Source: Balanoglossus misakiensis (Eukaryota; Animalia; Hemichordata). From it: a DNA stretch of 64,000 nt. Shown piece by piece: positions 51,101-64,000 of this stretch (positions are counted from its first letter, which is position 1; each line of letters begins with the position of its first letter). The position numbers were made by a program, and so were the translations under genes. The stretch lies in the NCBI GenBank assembly GCA_040954595.2, contig CM082584.2, positions 5,646,110 to 5,710,109 on the forward strand. The letters are read 5' to 3'. The notes under the pieces were generated by a model that was given only the letters and a program-made list of their open reading frames with translations, had not been told where the DNA came from and did no database searches.

Positions 51101-54100
51101 GATGTTTCGGAGAGTCAAAAAATTGTCATTTTTTCATGATTTTCATGAGCTATAACCCATGATTTTTATCAAAAAATGAAGAAATTTTGATGTTTCGGAA
51201 AGTCGAAAAATTGTCTTTTTTTGACGATTTTCATGAGCTATAACCCATGATTTTTATAAAAAAATGAAGAAATTTTGATGTTTCGGAAAGTCGAAAAATT
51301 GTCATTTTTTGGCGATTTTCATGTGCTATAACCCATGATTTTTATCAAAAAATGAAGAAATTTTGATGTTTCCGAAAGTCGAAAAATTGTCATTTTTTGA
51401 CGATTTTCATGAGCTATAACCCATGATTTTTATCAAAAAATGAAGAACTTTTGATGTTTTGGAAAGTCGAAAAATTGTCATTTTTTGGCGATTTTCATGA
51501 GCTATAACCCATGATTTTTATCAAAAAATGAAGAAATTTTGATGTTTCGGAAAGTCGAAAAATTGTCATTTTTTGATGATTTTCATGAGCAATAACCCAT
51601 GATTTTTTTCAAAAATGAAGAAATTTTGATGTTTCGGAAAGTCGAAAAATTGTCATTTTTTGGCGATTTTCATGAGCTATAACCCATGATTTTTATCAAA
51701 AAATGAATAAATTTTGATGTTTCTGAAAGTCGAAATTTTTTCATTTTTTGACGATTTTCATGAGCTATAACCCATGATTTTTTTAAAAAAATGAAGAAAT
51801 TTTGATGTTTCGGAAAGTCGAAAAATTGTCATTTTTTGACGATTTTCATGAGCTATAACCCATGATTTTTATCAAAAAATGAAGAAATTTTGATGTTTCG
51901 GAAAGTCGAAAAATTGTCATTTTTTGACGATTTTCATGAGCTATAACCCATGATTTTTATAAAAAAATGAAGAAATTTTGATGTTTCAGAAAGTCGAAAA
52001 ATTGTCATTTTTTGGCGATTTTCATGTGCTATAACCCATGATTTTTATCAAAAAATGAAGAAATTTTGATGTTTCGGAAAGTCGAAAAATTGTCATTTTT
52101 TGACGATTTTCATGAGCTATAACCCATGATTTTTATCAAAAAATGAAGAAATTTTGATGTTTCGGAAAGTCGAAAAATTTTCATTTTTTGATGATTTTCA
52201 TGAGCTATAACCCATGATTTTTATCAAAAAATGAAGAAATTTTGATGTTTCGGAAAGTCGAAAAATTGTCATTTTTTGATGATTTTCATGAGCTATAACT
52301 CATGATTTTTATCAAAAAATGAAGAAATTTTGATGTTTCGGAAAGTCGAAAAATTGTCATTTTTTGATGATTTTCATGAGCTATAACCCATGATTCTTAT
52401 CAAAACTGAAGAAATTTTGATGTTTCGGAAAGTCGAAAACTTGTCATTTTTTGATGATTTTCATGAGCTATAACCCATGATTTTTTTGAAAAAATGAAGA
52501 AATTTTGATGTTTCGGAAAGTCGAAAAATTGTCATTTTTTGATGATTTTCATGAGCTATAACCCATGATTTTTATCAAAAAATGAAGAAATTTTGATGTT
52601 TCGGAAAGTCGAAAATTTTCATTTTTGATGATTTTCATGAGCTATAACCCATGATTTTTATCAAAAAATGAAGAAATTTTGATGTTTCGGAAAGTCGAAA
52701 AATTGTCATTTTTTGACGATTTTCATGAGCTATAACCCATGATTTTTATCAAAAATGAAGAAATTTTGATGTTTCGGAAAGTCGAAAAATTGTCATTTTT
52801 TGACGATTTTCATGAGCTATAACCCATGATTTTTATCAAAAAATGAAGAAATTTTGATGTTTCGCAAAGTCGAAAAATTGTCATTTTTTGACGATTTTCA
52901 TGAGCTATAACCCATGATTTTTATCAAAAAATGAAGAACTTTTGATGTTTTGGAAAGTTGAAAAATTGTCATTTTTTGGCGATTTTCATGAGCTATAACC
53001 CATGATTCTTATCAAAACTGAAGAAATTTTGATGTTTCGGAAAGTCGAAAAATTGTCATTTTTTGACGATTTTCATGAGCTATAACCCATGATTTTTATC
53101 AAAAAATGAAGAAATTTTGATGTTTCGGAAAGTCGAAAAATTGTCATTTTTTGACGATTTTCATGAGCTATAACCCATGATTTTTATCAAAAAATGAAGA
53201 AATTTTGATGTTTCGGAAAGTCGAAAAATTGTCATTTTTTGATGATTTTCATGAGCTATAACCCATGATTTTTATCAAAAAATGAAGAAATTTTGATGTT
53301 TCGGAAAGTCAAAAAATTGTCATTTTTTGGCGATTTTCATGAGCTATAACCCATGATTTTTATCAAAAAATGAAGAAATTTTGATGTTTCAGAAAGTCGA
53401 AAAATTGTCATTTTTTGACGATATTCATGAGCTATAACCCATGATTTTTATCAAAAAATGAAGAAATTTTGATGTTTCGGAAAGTTAAAAAATTGTCATT
53501 TTTTGGCGATTTTCATGTGCTATAACCCATGATTTTTATCAAAAATGAAGAAATTTTGATGTTTCAGAAGTCGAAAAATTGTCATTTTTTGGCGATTTTC
53601 ATGTGCTATAACCCATGATTTTTATCAAAAAATGAAGAAATTTTGATGTTTCGGAAAGTCGAAAAATAGTCATTTTTTGGCGATTTTCATGAGCTATAAC
53701 CCATGATTTTTATCAAAAAATGAAGAAATTTTGATGTTTCGGAAAGTCGAAAAATTGTCAATTTTTGATGATTTTCATGAGCTATAACCCATGATTTTTT
53801 TGAAAAAATGAAGAAATTTTGATGTTTCGGAAAGTCGAAAAATTGTCATTTTTTGATGATTTTCATGAGCTATAACCCATGATTTTTATCAAAAAATGAA
53901 GAAATTTTGATGTTTCGGAAAGTCGAAAAATTGTCATTTTTTGATGATTTTCATGAGCTATAACTCATTATTTTTATCAAAAAATGAAGAAATTTTGATG
54001 TTTCGGAAAGTCGAAAAATTGTCATTTTTTGATGATTTTCATGAGCTATAACCCATGATTCTTATCAAAACTGAAGAAATTTTGATGTTTCGGAAAGTCG

Positions 54101-57100
54101 AAAAATTGTCATTTTTTGATGATTTTCATGAGCTATAACCCATGATTTTTTTGAAAAAATGAAGAAATTTTGATGTTTCGGAAAGTCGAAAAATTGTCAT
54201 TTTTTGATGATTTTCATGAGCTATAACCCATGATTTTTATCAAAAAATGAAGAAATTTTGATGTTTCGGAAAGTCGAAAATTTTCATTTTTGATGATTTT
54301 CATGAGCTATAACCCATGATTTTTATCAAAAAATGAAGAAATTTTGATGTTTCGGAAAGTCGAAAAATTGTCATTTTTTGACGATTTTCATGAGCTATAA
54401 CCCATGATTTTTATCAAAAATGAAGAAATTTTGATGTTTCGGAAAGTCGAAAAATTGTCATTTTTTGACGATTTTCATGAGCTATAACCCATGATTTTTA
54501 TCAAAAAATGAAGAAATTTTGATGTTTCGGAAAGTCGAAAAATTGTCATTTTTTGACGATTTTCATGAGCTATAACCCATGATTTTTATCAAAAAATGAA
54601 GAACTTTTGATGTTTTGGAAAGTTGAAAAATTGTCATTTTTTGGCGATTTTCATGAGCTATAACCCATGATTTTTATCAAAAAATGAAGAAATTTTGATG
54701 TTTCGGAAAGTCTAAAAATTGTCATTTTTGACGATTTTCATGAGCTATAACTCATGATTTTTATCAAAAAATGAAGAAATTTTGATGTTTCGGAGAGTCA
54801 AAAAATTGTCATTTTTTCATGATTTTCATGAGCTATAACCCATGATTTTTATCAAAAAATGAAGAAATTTTGATGTTTCGGAAAGTCGAAAAATTGTCTT
54901 TTTTTGACGATTTTCATGAGCTATAACCCATGATTTTTATAAAAAAATGAAGAAATTTTGATGTTTCGGAAAGTCGAAAAATTGTCATTTTTTGGCGATT
55001 TTCATGTGCTATAACCCATGATTTTTATCAAAAAATGAAGAAATTTTGATGTTTCCGAAAGTCGAAAAATTGTCATTTTTTGACGATTTTCATGAGCTAT
55101 AACCCATGATTTTTATCAAAAAATGAAGAACTTTTGATGTTTTGGAAAGTCGAAAAATTGTCATTTTTTGGCGATTTTCATGAGCTATAACCCATGATTT
55201 TTATCAAAAAATGAAGAAATTTTGATGTTTCGGAAAGTCGAAAAATTGTCATTTTTTGATGATTTTCATGAGCAATAACCCATGATTTTTTTCAAAAATG
55301 AAGAAATTTTGATGTTTCGGAAAGTCGAAAAATTGTCATTTTTTGGCGATTTTCATGAGCTATAACCCATGATTTTTATCAAAAAATGAATAAATTTTGA
55401 TGTTTCTGAAAGTCGAAATTTTTTCATTTTTTGACGATTTTCATGAGCTATAACCCATGATTTTTTTAAAAAAATGAAGAAATTTTGATGTTTCGGAAAG
55501 TCGAAAAATTGTCATTTTTTGACGATTTTCATGAGCTATAACCCATGATTTTTATAAAAAAATGAAGAAATTTTGATGTTTCGGAAAGTCGAAAAATTGT
55601 CATTTTTTCATGATTTTCATGAGCTATAACCCATGATTTTTATCAAAAAATGAAGAAATTTTGATGTTTCGGAAAGTCGAAAAATTGTCATTTTTTGACG
55701 ATTTTCATGAGCTATAACCCATGATTTTTATAAAAAAATGAAGAAATTTTGATGTTTCAGAAAGTCAAAAAATTGTCATTTTTTGGCGATTTTCATGTGC
55801 TATAACCCATGATTTTTATCAAAAAATGAAGAAATTTTGATGTTTCGGAAAGTCGAAAAATTGTCATTTTTTGACGATTTTCATGAGCTATAACCCATGA
55901 TTTTTATCAAAAAATGAAGAAATTTTGATGTTTCGGAAAGTCGAAAAATTTTCATTTTTTGATGATTTTCATGAGCTATAACCCATGATTTTTATCAAAA
56001 AATGAAGAAATTTTGATGTTTCGGAAAGTCGAAAAATTGTCATTTTTTGATGATTTTCATGAGCTATAACTCATGATTTTTATCAAAAAATGAAGAAATT
56101 TTGATGTTTCGGAAAGTCGAAAAATTGTCATTTTTTGATGATTTTCATGAGCTATAACCCATGATTCTTATCAAAACTGAAGAAATTTTGATGTTTCGGA
56201 AAGTCGAAAACTTGTCATTTTTTGATGATTTTCATGAGCTATAACCCATGATTTTTTTGAAAAAATGAAGAAATTTTGATGTTTCGGAAAGTCGAAAAAT
56301 TGTCATTTTTTGATGATTTTCATGAGCTATAACCCATGATTTTTATCAAAAAATGAAGAAATTTTGATGTTTCGGAAAGTCGAAAATTTTCATTTTTGAT
56401 GATTTTCATGAGCTATAACCCATGATTTTTATCAAAAAATGAAGAAATTTTGATGTTTCGGAAAGTCGAAAAATTGTCATTTTTTGACGATTTTCATGAG
56501 CTATAACCCATGATTTTTATCAAAAATGAAGAAATTTTGATGTTTCGGAAAGTCGAAAAATTGTCATTTTTTGACGATTTTCATGAGCTATAACCCATGA
56601 TTTTTATCAAAAAATGAAGAAATTTTGATGTTTCGCAAAGTCGAAAAATTGTCATTTTTTGACGATTTTCATGAGCTATAACCCATGATTTTTATCAAAA
56701 AATGAAGAACTTTTGATGTTTTGGAAAGTTGAAAAATTGTCATTTTTTGGCGATTTTCATGAGCTATAACCCATGATTTTTATCAAAAAATGAAGAAATT
56801 TTGATGTTTCGGAAAGTCTAAAAATTGTCATTTTTTGACGATTTTCATGAGCTATAACTCATGATTTTTATCAAAAGATGAAGAAATTTTGATGTTTCGG
56901 AGAGTCAAAAAATTGTCATTTTTTCATGATTTTCATGAGCTATAACCCATGATTTTTATCAAAAAATGAAGAAATTTTGATGTTTCGGAAAGTCGAAAAA
57001 TTGTCTTTTTTTGACGATTTTCATGAGCTATAACCCATGATTTTTATAAAAAAAATGAAGAAATTTTGATGTTTCGGAAAGTCGAAAAATTGTCATTTTT

Positions 57101-60100
57101 TGGCGATTTTCATGAGCTACAACCCATGATTTTTATCAAAAAATGAAGAAATTTTGATGTTTCCGAAAGTCGAAAAATTGTCATTTTTTGACGATTTTCA
57201 TGAGCTATAACCCATGATTTTTATCAAAAAATGAAGAACTTTTGATGTTTTGGAAAGTCGAAAAATTGTCATTTTTTGGCGATTTTCATGAGCTATAACC
57301 CATGATTTTTATCAAAAAATGAAGAAATTTTGATGTTTCGGAAAGTCGAAAAATTGTCATTTTTTGATGATTTTCATGAGCAATAACCCATGATTTTTTT
57401 CAAAAAATGAAGAAATTTTGATGTTTCGGAAAGTCGAAAAATTGTCATTTTTTGGCGATTTTCATGAGCTATAACCCATGATTTTTATCAAAAAATGAAT
57501 AAATTTTGATGTTTCTGAAAGTCGAAATTTTTTCATTTTTTGACGATTTTCATGAGCTATAACCCATGATTTTTTTAAAAAAATGAAGAAATTTTGATGT
57601 TTCGGAAAGTCGAAAAATTGTCATTTTTTGACGATTTTCATGAGCTATAACCCATGAGTTTTATAAAAAAATGAAGAAATTTTGATGTTTCGGAAAGTCG
57701 AAAAATTGTCATTTTTTCATGATTTTCATGAGCTATAACCCATGATTTTTATCAAAAAATGAAGAACTTTTGATGTTTTGGAAAGTCGAAAAATTGTCAA
57801 TTTTTGATGATTTTCATGAGCTATAACCCATGATTTTTTTGAAAAAATGAAGAAATTTTGATGTTTCGGAAAGTCGAAAAATTTTCATTTTTTGATGATT
57901 TTCATGAGCTATAACCCATGATTTTTATCAAAAAATGAAGAAATTTTGATGTTTCGGAAAGTCGAAAAATTGTCATTTTTTGACGATTTTCATGAGCTAT
58001 AACCCATGATTTTTATAAAAAAATGAAGAAATTTTGATGTTTCAGAAAGTCGAAAAATTGTCATTTTTTGGCGATTTTCATGTGCTATAACCCATGATTT
58101 TTATCAAAAAATGAAGAAATTTTGATGTTTCGGAAAGTCGAAAAATTGTCATTTTTTGACGATTTTCATGAGCTATAACCCATGATTTTTATCAAAAAAT
58201 GAAGAAATTTTGATGTTTCGGAAAGTCGAAAAATTTTCATTTTTTGATGATTTTCATGAGCTATAACCCATGATTTTTATCAAAAAATGAAGAAATTTTG
58301 ATGTTTCGGAAAGTCGAAAAATTGTCATTTTTTGATGATTTTCATGAGCTATAACTCATGATTTTTATCAAAAAATGAAGAAATTTTGATGTTTCGGAAA
58401 GTCGAAAAATTGTCATTTTTTGATGATTTTCATGAGCTATAACCCATGATTCTTATCAAAACTGAAGAAATTTTGATGTTTCGGAAAGTCGAAAACTTGT
58501 CATTTTTTGATGATTTTCATGAGCTATAACCCATGATTTTTTTGAAAAAATGAAGAAATTTTGATGTTTCGGAAAGTCGAAAAATTGTCATTTTTTGATG
58601 ATTTTCATGAGCTATAACCCATGATTTTTATCAAAAAATGAAGAAATTTTGATGTTTCGGAAAGTCGAAAATTTTCATTTTTGATGATTTTCATGAGCTA
58701 TAACCCATGATTTTTATCAAAAAATGAAGAAATTTTGATGTTTCGGAAAGTCGAAAAATTGTCATTTTTTGACGATTTTCATGAGCTATAACCCATGATT
58801 TTTATCAAAAATGAAGAAATTTTGATGTTTCGGAAAGTCGAAAAATTGTCATTTTTTGACGATTTTCATGAGCTATAACCCATGATTTTTATCAAAAAAT
58901 GAAGAAATTTTGATGTTTCGCAAAGTCGAAAAATTGTCATTTTTTGACGATTTTCATGAGCTATAACCCATGATTTTTATCAAAAAATGAAGAACTTTTG
59001 ATGTTTTGGAAAGTTGAAAAATTGTCATTTTTTGGCGATTTTCATGAGCTATAACCCATGATTTTTATCAAAAAATGAAGAAATTTTGATGTTTCGGAAA
59101 GTCTAAAAATTGTCATTTTTTGACGATTTTCATGAGCTATAACTCATGATTTTTATCAAAAAATGAAGAAATTTTGATGTTTCGGAGAGTCAAAAAATTG
59201 TCATTTTTTCATGATTTTCATGAGCTATAACCCATGATTTTTATCAAAAAATGAAGAAATTTTGATGTTTCGGAAAGTCGAAAAATTGTCTTTTTTTGAC
59301 GATTTTCATGAGCTATAACCCATGATTTTTATAAAAAAAATGAAGAAATTTTGATGTTTCGGAAAGTCGAAAAATTGTCATTTTTTGGCGATTTTCATGA
59401 GCTACAACCCATGATTTTTATCAAAAAATGAAGAAATTTTGATGTTTCCGAAAGTCGAAAAATTGTCATTTTTTGACGATTTTCATGAGCTATAACCCAT
59501 GATTTTTATCAAAAAATGAAGAACTTTTGATGTTTTGGAAAGTCGAAAAATTGTCATTTTTTGGCGATTTTCATGAGCTATAACCCATGATTTTTATCAA
59601 AAAATGAAGAAATTTTGATGTTTCGGAAAGTCGAAAAATTGTCATTTTTTGATGATTTTCATGAGCAATAACCCATGATTTTTTTCAAAAAATGAAGAAA
59701 TTTTGATGTTTCGGAAAGTCGAAAAATTGTCATTTTTTGGCGATTTTCATGAGCTATAACCCATGATTTTTATCAAAAAATGAATAAATTTTGATGTTTC
59801 TGAAAGTCGAAATTTTTTCATTTTTTGACGATTTTCATGAGCTATAACCCATGATTTTTTTAAAAAAATGAAGAAATTTTGATGTTTCGGAAAGTCGAAA
59901 AATTGTCATTTTTTGACGATTTTCATGAGCTATAACCCATGAGTTTTATAAAAAAATGAAGAAATTTTGATGTTTCGGAAAGTCGAAAAATTGTCATTTT
60001 TTCATGATTTTCATGAGCTATAACCCATGATTTTTATCAAAAAATGAAGAACTTTTGATGTTTTGGAAAGTCGAAAAATTGTCAATTTTTGATGATTTTC

Positions 60101-63100
60101 ATGAGCTATAACCCATGATTTTTTTGAAAAAATGAAGAAATTTTGATGTTTCGGAAAGTCGAAAAATTTTCATTTTTTGATGATTTTCATGAGCTATAAC
60201 CCATGATTTTTATCAAAAAATGAAGAAATTTTGATGTTTCGGAAAGTCGAAAAATTGTCATTTTTTGATGATTTTCATGAGCTATAACTCATGATTTTTA
60301 TCAAAAAATGAAGAAATTTTGATGTTTCGGAAAGTCGAAAAATTGTCATTTTTTGATGATTTTCATGAGCTATAACCCATGATTCTTATCAAAACTGAAG
60401 AAATTTTGATGTTTCGGAAAGTCGAAAACTTGTCATTTTTTGATGATTTTCATGAGCTATAACCCATGATTTTTTTGAAAAAATGAAGAAATTTTGATGT
60501 TTCGGAAAGTCGAAAAATTGTCATTTTTTGATGATTTTCATGAGCTATAACCCATGATTTTTATCAAAAAATGAAGAAATTTTGATGTTTCGGAAAGTCG
60601 AAAATTTTCATTTTTGATGATTTTCATGAGCTATAACCCATGATTTTTATCAAAAAATGAAGAAATTTTGATGTTTCGGAAAGTCGAAAAATTGTCATTT
60701 TTTGACGATTTTCATGAGCTATAACCCATGATTTTTATCAAAAATGAAGAAATTTTGATGTTTCGGAAAGTCGAAAAATTGTCATTTTTTGACGATTTTC
60801 ATGAGCTATAACCCATGATTTTTATCAAAAAATGAAGAAATTTTGATGTTTCGGAAAGTCGAAAAATTGTCTTTTTTTGACGATTTTCATGAGCTATAAC
60901 CCATGATTTTTATAAAAAAATGAAGAAATTTTGATGTTTCGGAAAGTCGAAAAATTGTCATTTTTTGGCGACTTTCATGTGCTATAACCCATGATTTTTA
61001 TCAAAAAATGAAGAAATTTTGATGTTTCCGAAAGTCGAAAAATTGTCATTTTTTGACGATTTTCATGAGCTATAACCCATGATTTTTATCAAAAAATGAA
61101 GAACTTTTGATGTTTTGGAAAGTCGAAAAATTGTCATTTTTTGGCGATTTTCATGAGCTATAACCCATGATTTTTATCAAAAAATGAAGAAATTTTGATG
61201 TTTCGGAAAGTCGAAAAATTGTCATTTTTTGATGATTTTCATGAGCAATAACCCATGATTTTTTTCAAAAAATGAAGAAATTTTGATGTTTCGGAAAGTC
61301 GAAAAATTGTCATTTTTTGGCGATTTTCATGAGCTATAACCCATGATTTTTATCAAAAAATGAATAAATTTTGATGTTTCTGAAAGTCGAAATTTTTTCA
61401 TTTTTTGACGATTTTCATGAGCTATAACCCATGATTTTTTTAAAAAAATGAAGAAATTTTGATGTTTCGGAAAGTCGAAAAATTGTCATTTTTTGACGAT
61501 TTTCATGAGCTATAACCCATGATTTTTATAAAAAAATGAAGAAATTTTGATGTTTCGGAAAGTCGAAAAATTGTCATTTTTTCATGATTTTCATGAGCTA
61601 TAACCCATGATTTTTATCAAAAAATGAAGAACTTTTGATGTTTTGGAAAGTCGAAAAATTGTCAATTTTTGATGATTTTCATGAGCTATAACCCATGATT
61701 TTTTTGAAAAAATGAAGAAATTTTGATGTTTCGGAAAGTCGAAAAATTTTCATTTTTTGATGATTTTCATGAGCTATAACCCATGATTTTTATCAAAAAA
61801 TGAAGAAATTTTGATGTTTCGGAAAGTCGAAAAATTGTCATTTTTTGATGATTTTCATGAGCTATAACTCATGATTTTTATCAAAAAATGAAGAAATTTT
61901 GATGTTTCGGAAAGTCGAAAAATTGTCATTTTTTGATGATTTTCATGAGCTATAACCCATGATTCTTATCAAAACTGAAGAAATTTTGATGTTTCGGAAA
62001 GTCAAAAACTTGTCATTTTTTGATGATTTTCATGAGCTATAACCCATGATTTTTTTGAAAAAATGAAGAAATTTTGATGTTTCGGAAAGTCGAAAAATTG
62101 TCATTTTTTGATGATTTTCATGAGCTATAACCCATGATTTTTATCAAAAAATGAAGAAATTTTGATGTTTCGGAAAGTCGAAAATTTTCATTTTTGATGA
62201 TTTTCATGAGCTATAACCCATGATTTTTATCAAAAAATGAAGAAATTTTGATGTTTCGGAAAGTCGAAAAATTGTCATTTTTTGACGATTTTCATGAGCT
62301 ATAACCCATGATTTTTATCAAAAATGAAGAAATTTTGATGTTTCGGAAAGTCGAAAAATTGTCATTTTTTGACGATTTTCATGAGCTATAACCCATGATT
62401 TTTATCAAAAAATGAAGAAATTTTGATGTTTCGGAAAGTCGAAAAATTGTCATTTTTTGACGATTTTCATGAGCTATAACCCATGATTTTTATCAAAAAA
62501 TGAAGAACTTTTGATGTTTTGGAAAGTTGAAAAATTGTCATTTTTTGGCGATTTTCATGAGCTATAACCCATGATTTTTATCAAAAAATGAAGAAATTTT
62601 GATGTTTCGGAAAGTCTAAAAATTGTCATTTTTTGACGATTTTCATGAGCTATAACTCATGATTTTTATCAAAAAATGAAGAAATTTTGATGTTTCGGAG
62701 AGTCAAAAAATTGTCATTTTTTCATGATTTTCATGAGCTATAACCCATGATTTTTATCAAAAAATGAAGAAATTTTGATGTTTCGGAAAGTCGAAAAATT
62801 GTCTTTTTTTGACGATTTTTATGAGCTATAACCCATGATTTTTATAAAAAAATGAAGAAATTTTGATGTTTCGGAAAGTCGAAAAATTGTCATTTTTTGG
62901 CGATTTTCATGTGCTATAACCCATGATTTTTATCAAAAAATGAAGAAATTTTGATGTTTCCGAAAGTCGAAAAATTGTCATTTTTTGACGATTTTCATGA
63001 GCTATAACCCATGATTTTTATCAAAAAATGAAGAACTTTTGATGTTTTGGAAAGTCGAAAAATTGTCATTTTTTGGCGATTTTCATGAGCTATAACCCAT

Positions 63101-64000
63101 GATTTTTATCAAAAAATGAAGAAATTTTGATGTTTCGGAAAGTCGAAAAATTGTCATTTTTTGATGATTTTCATGAGCAATAACCCATGATTTTTTTCAA
63201 AAAATGAAGAAATTTTGATGTTTCGGAAAGTCGAAAAATTGTCATTTTTTGGCGATTTTCATGAGCTATAACCCATGATTTTTATCAAAAAATGAATAAA
63301 TTTTGATGTTTCTGAAAGTCGAAATTTTTTCATTTTTTGACGATTTTCATGAGCTATAACCCATGATTTTTTTTAAAAAATGAAGAAATTTTGATGTTTC
63401 GGAAAGTCGAAAAATTGTCATTTTTTGACGATTTTCATGAGCTATAACCCATGATTTTTATAAAAAAATGAAGAAATTTTGATGTTTCGGAAAGTCGAAA
63501 AATTGTCATTTTTTCATGATTTTCATGAGCTATAACCCATGATTTTTATCAAAAAATGAAGAAATTTTGATGTTTCGGAAAGTCGAAAAATTGTCATTTT
63601 TTGACGATTTTCATGAGCTATAACCCATGATTTTTATAAAAAAATGAAGAAATTTTGATGTTTCAGAAAGTCGAAAAATTGTCATTTTTTGGCGATTTTC
63701 ATGTGCTATAACCCATGATTTTTATCAAAAAATGAAGAAATTTTGATGTTTCGGAAAGTCGAAAAATTGTCATTTTTTGACGATTTTCATGAGCTATAAC
63801 CCATGATTTTTATCAAAACTGAAGAAATTTTGATGTTTCGGAAAGTCGAAAAATTGTCATTTTTTGGCGATTTTCATGAGCTATAACCCATGATTTTTAT
63901 CAAAAAATGAAGAACTTTTGATGTTTCGGAAAGTCGAAAAATTGTCATTTTTTGATGATTTTCATGAGCTATAACTCATGATTTTTATCAAAAAATGAAG
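48111..64000. repeat. 88-bp AT-rich satellite DNA array (about 180 monomers, runs off the window end)
   Basis: Monomer gaaattttgatgtttcggaaagtcgaaaaattgtcattttttgatgattttcatgagctataacccatgatttttatcaaaaaatgaa. For example taacccatga recurs at 48171 and 48259. Confidence 0.99.

Noticed and set aside
50378-63179. All HOR lengths being even (obligate 176-bp dimer step)
   Set aside because: One marker gives 42, 24, 26, 18, 22, but another splits the 42 into 23+7+12, so odd steps occur.
48111-64000. CRISPR-like array
   Set aside because: Head-to-tail monomers with no unique spacers, no cas genes and a eukaryotic context.

Overview
Eukaryotic (animal) genomic DNA with GT-AG introns and AT-rich intergenic sequence. 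The gene and repeat content suggests a marine invertebrate deuterostome such as a hemichordate, but this is inference only. The window holds: (1) the last five coding exons of ceramide glucosyltransferase UGCG (+, 3640-14162); (2) a convergent 4-exon TauD/TfdA-type Fe(II)/2-oxoglutarate dioxygenase (-, 19655-22149) that, once spliced, ends in KDEL-stop; (3) two diverged paralogous genes for type I membrane proteins, each with two Cys-containing CARDB/Ig-like domains (25953-29994 and 37367-42233); (4) two tandem GNAT/AANAT-like acetyltransferases about 85% identical (45092-45775 and 46878-47561); (5) a (TATG)n microsatellite followed by at least 15.9 kb of an 88-bp satellite with dyad symmetry and variable-length higher-order repeats. 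Introns and intergenic DNA carry several MITE families (TAGACT ends with 9-bp TSD, piggyBac-like, pogo/Tc1-like), a Kolobok-like element and a Penelope-type minimal hammerhead ribozyme. Most ORFs in the supplied track are spurious or are exon fragments. All alignments and counts were done by eye.
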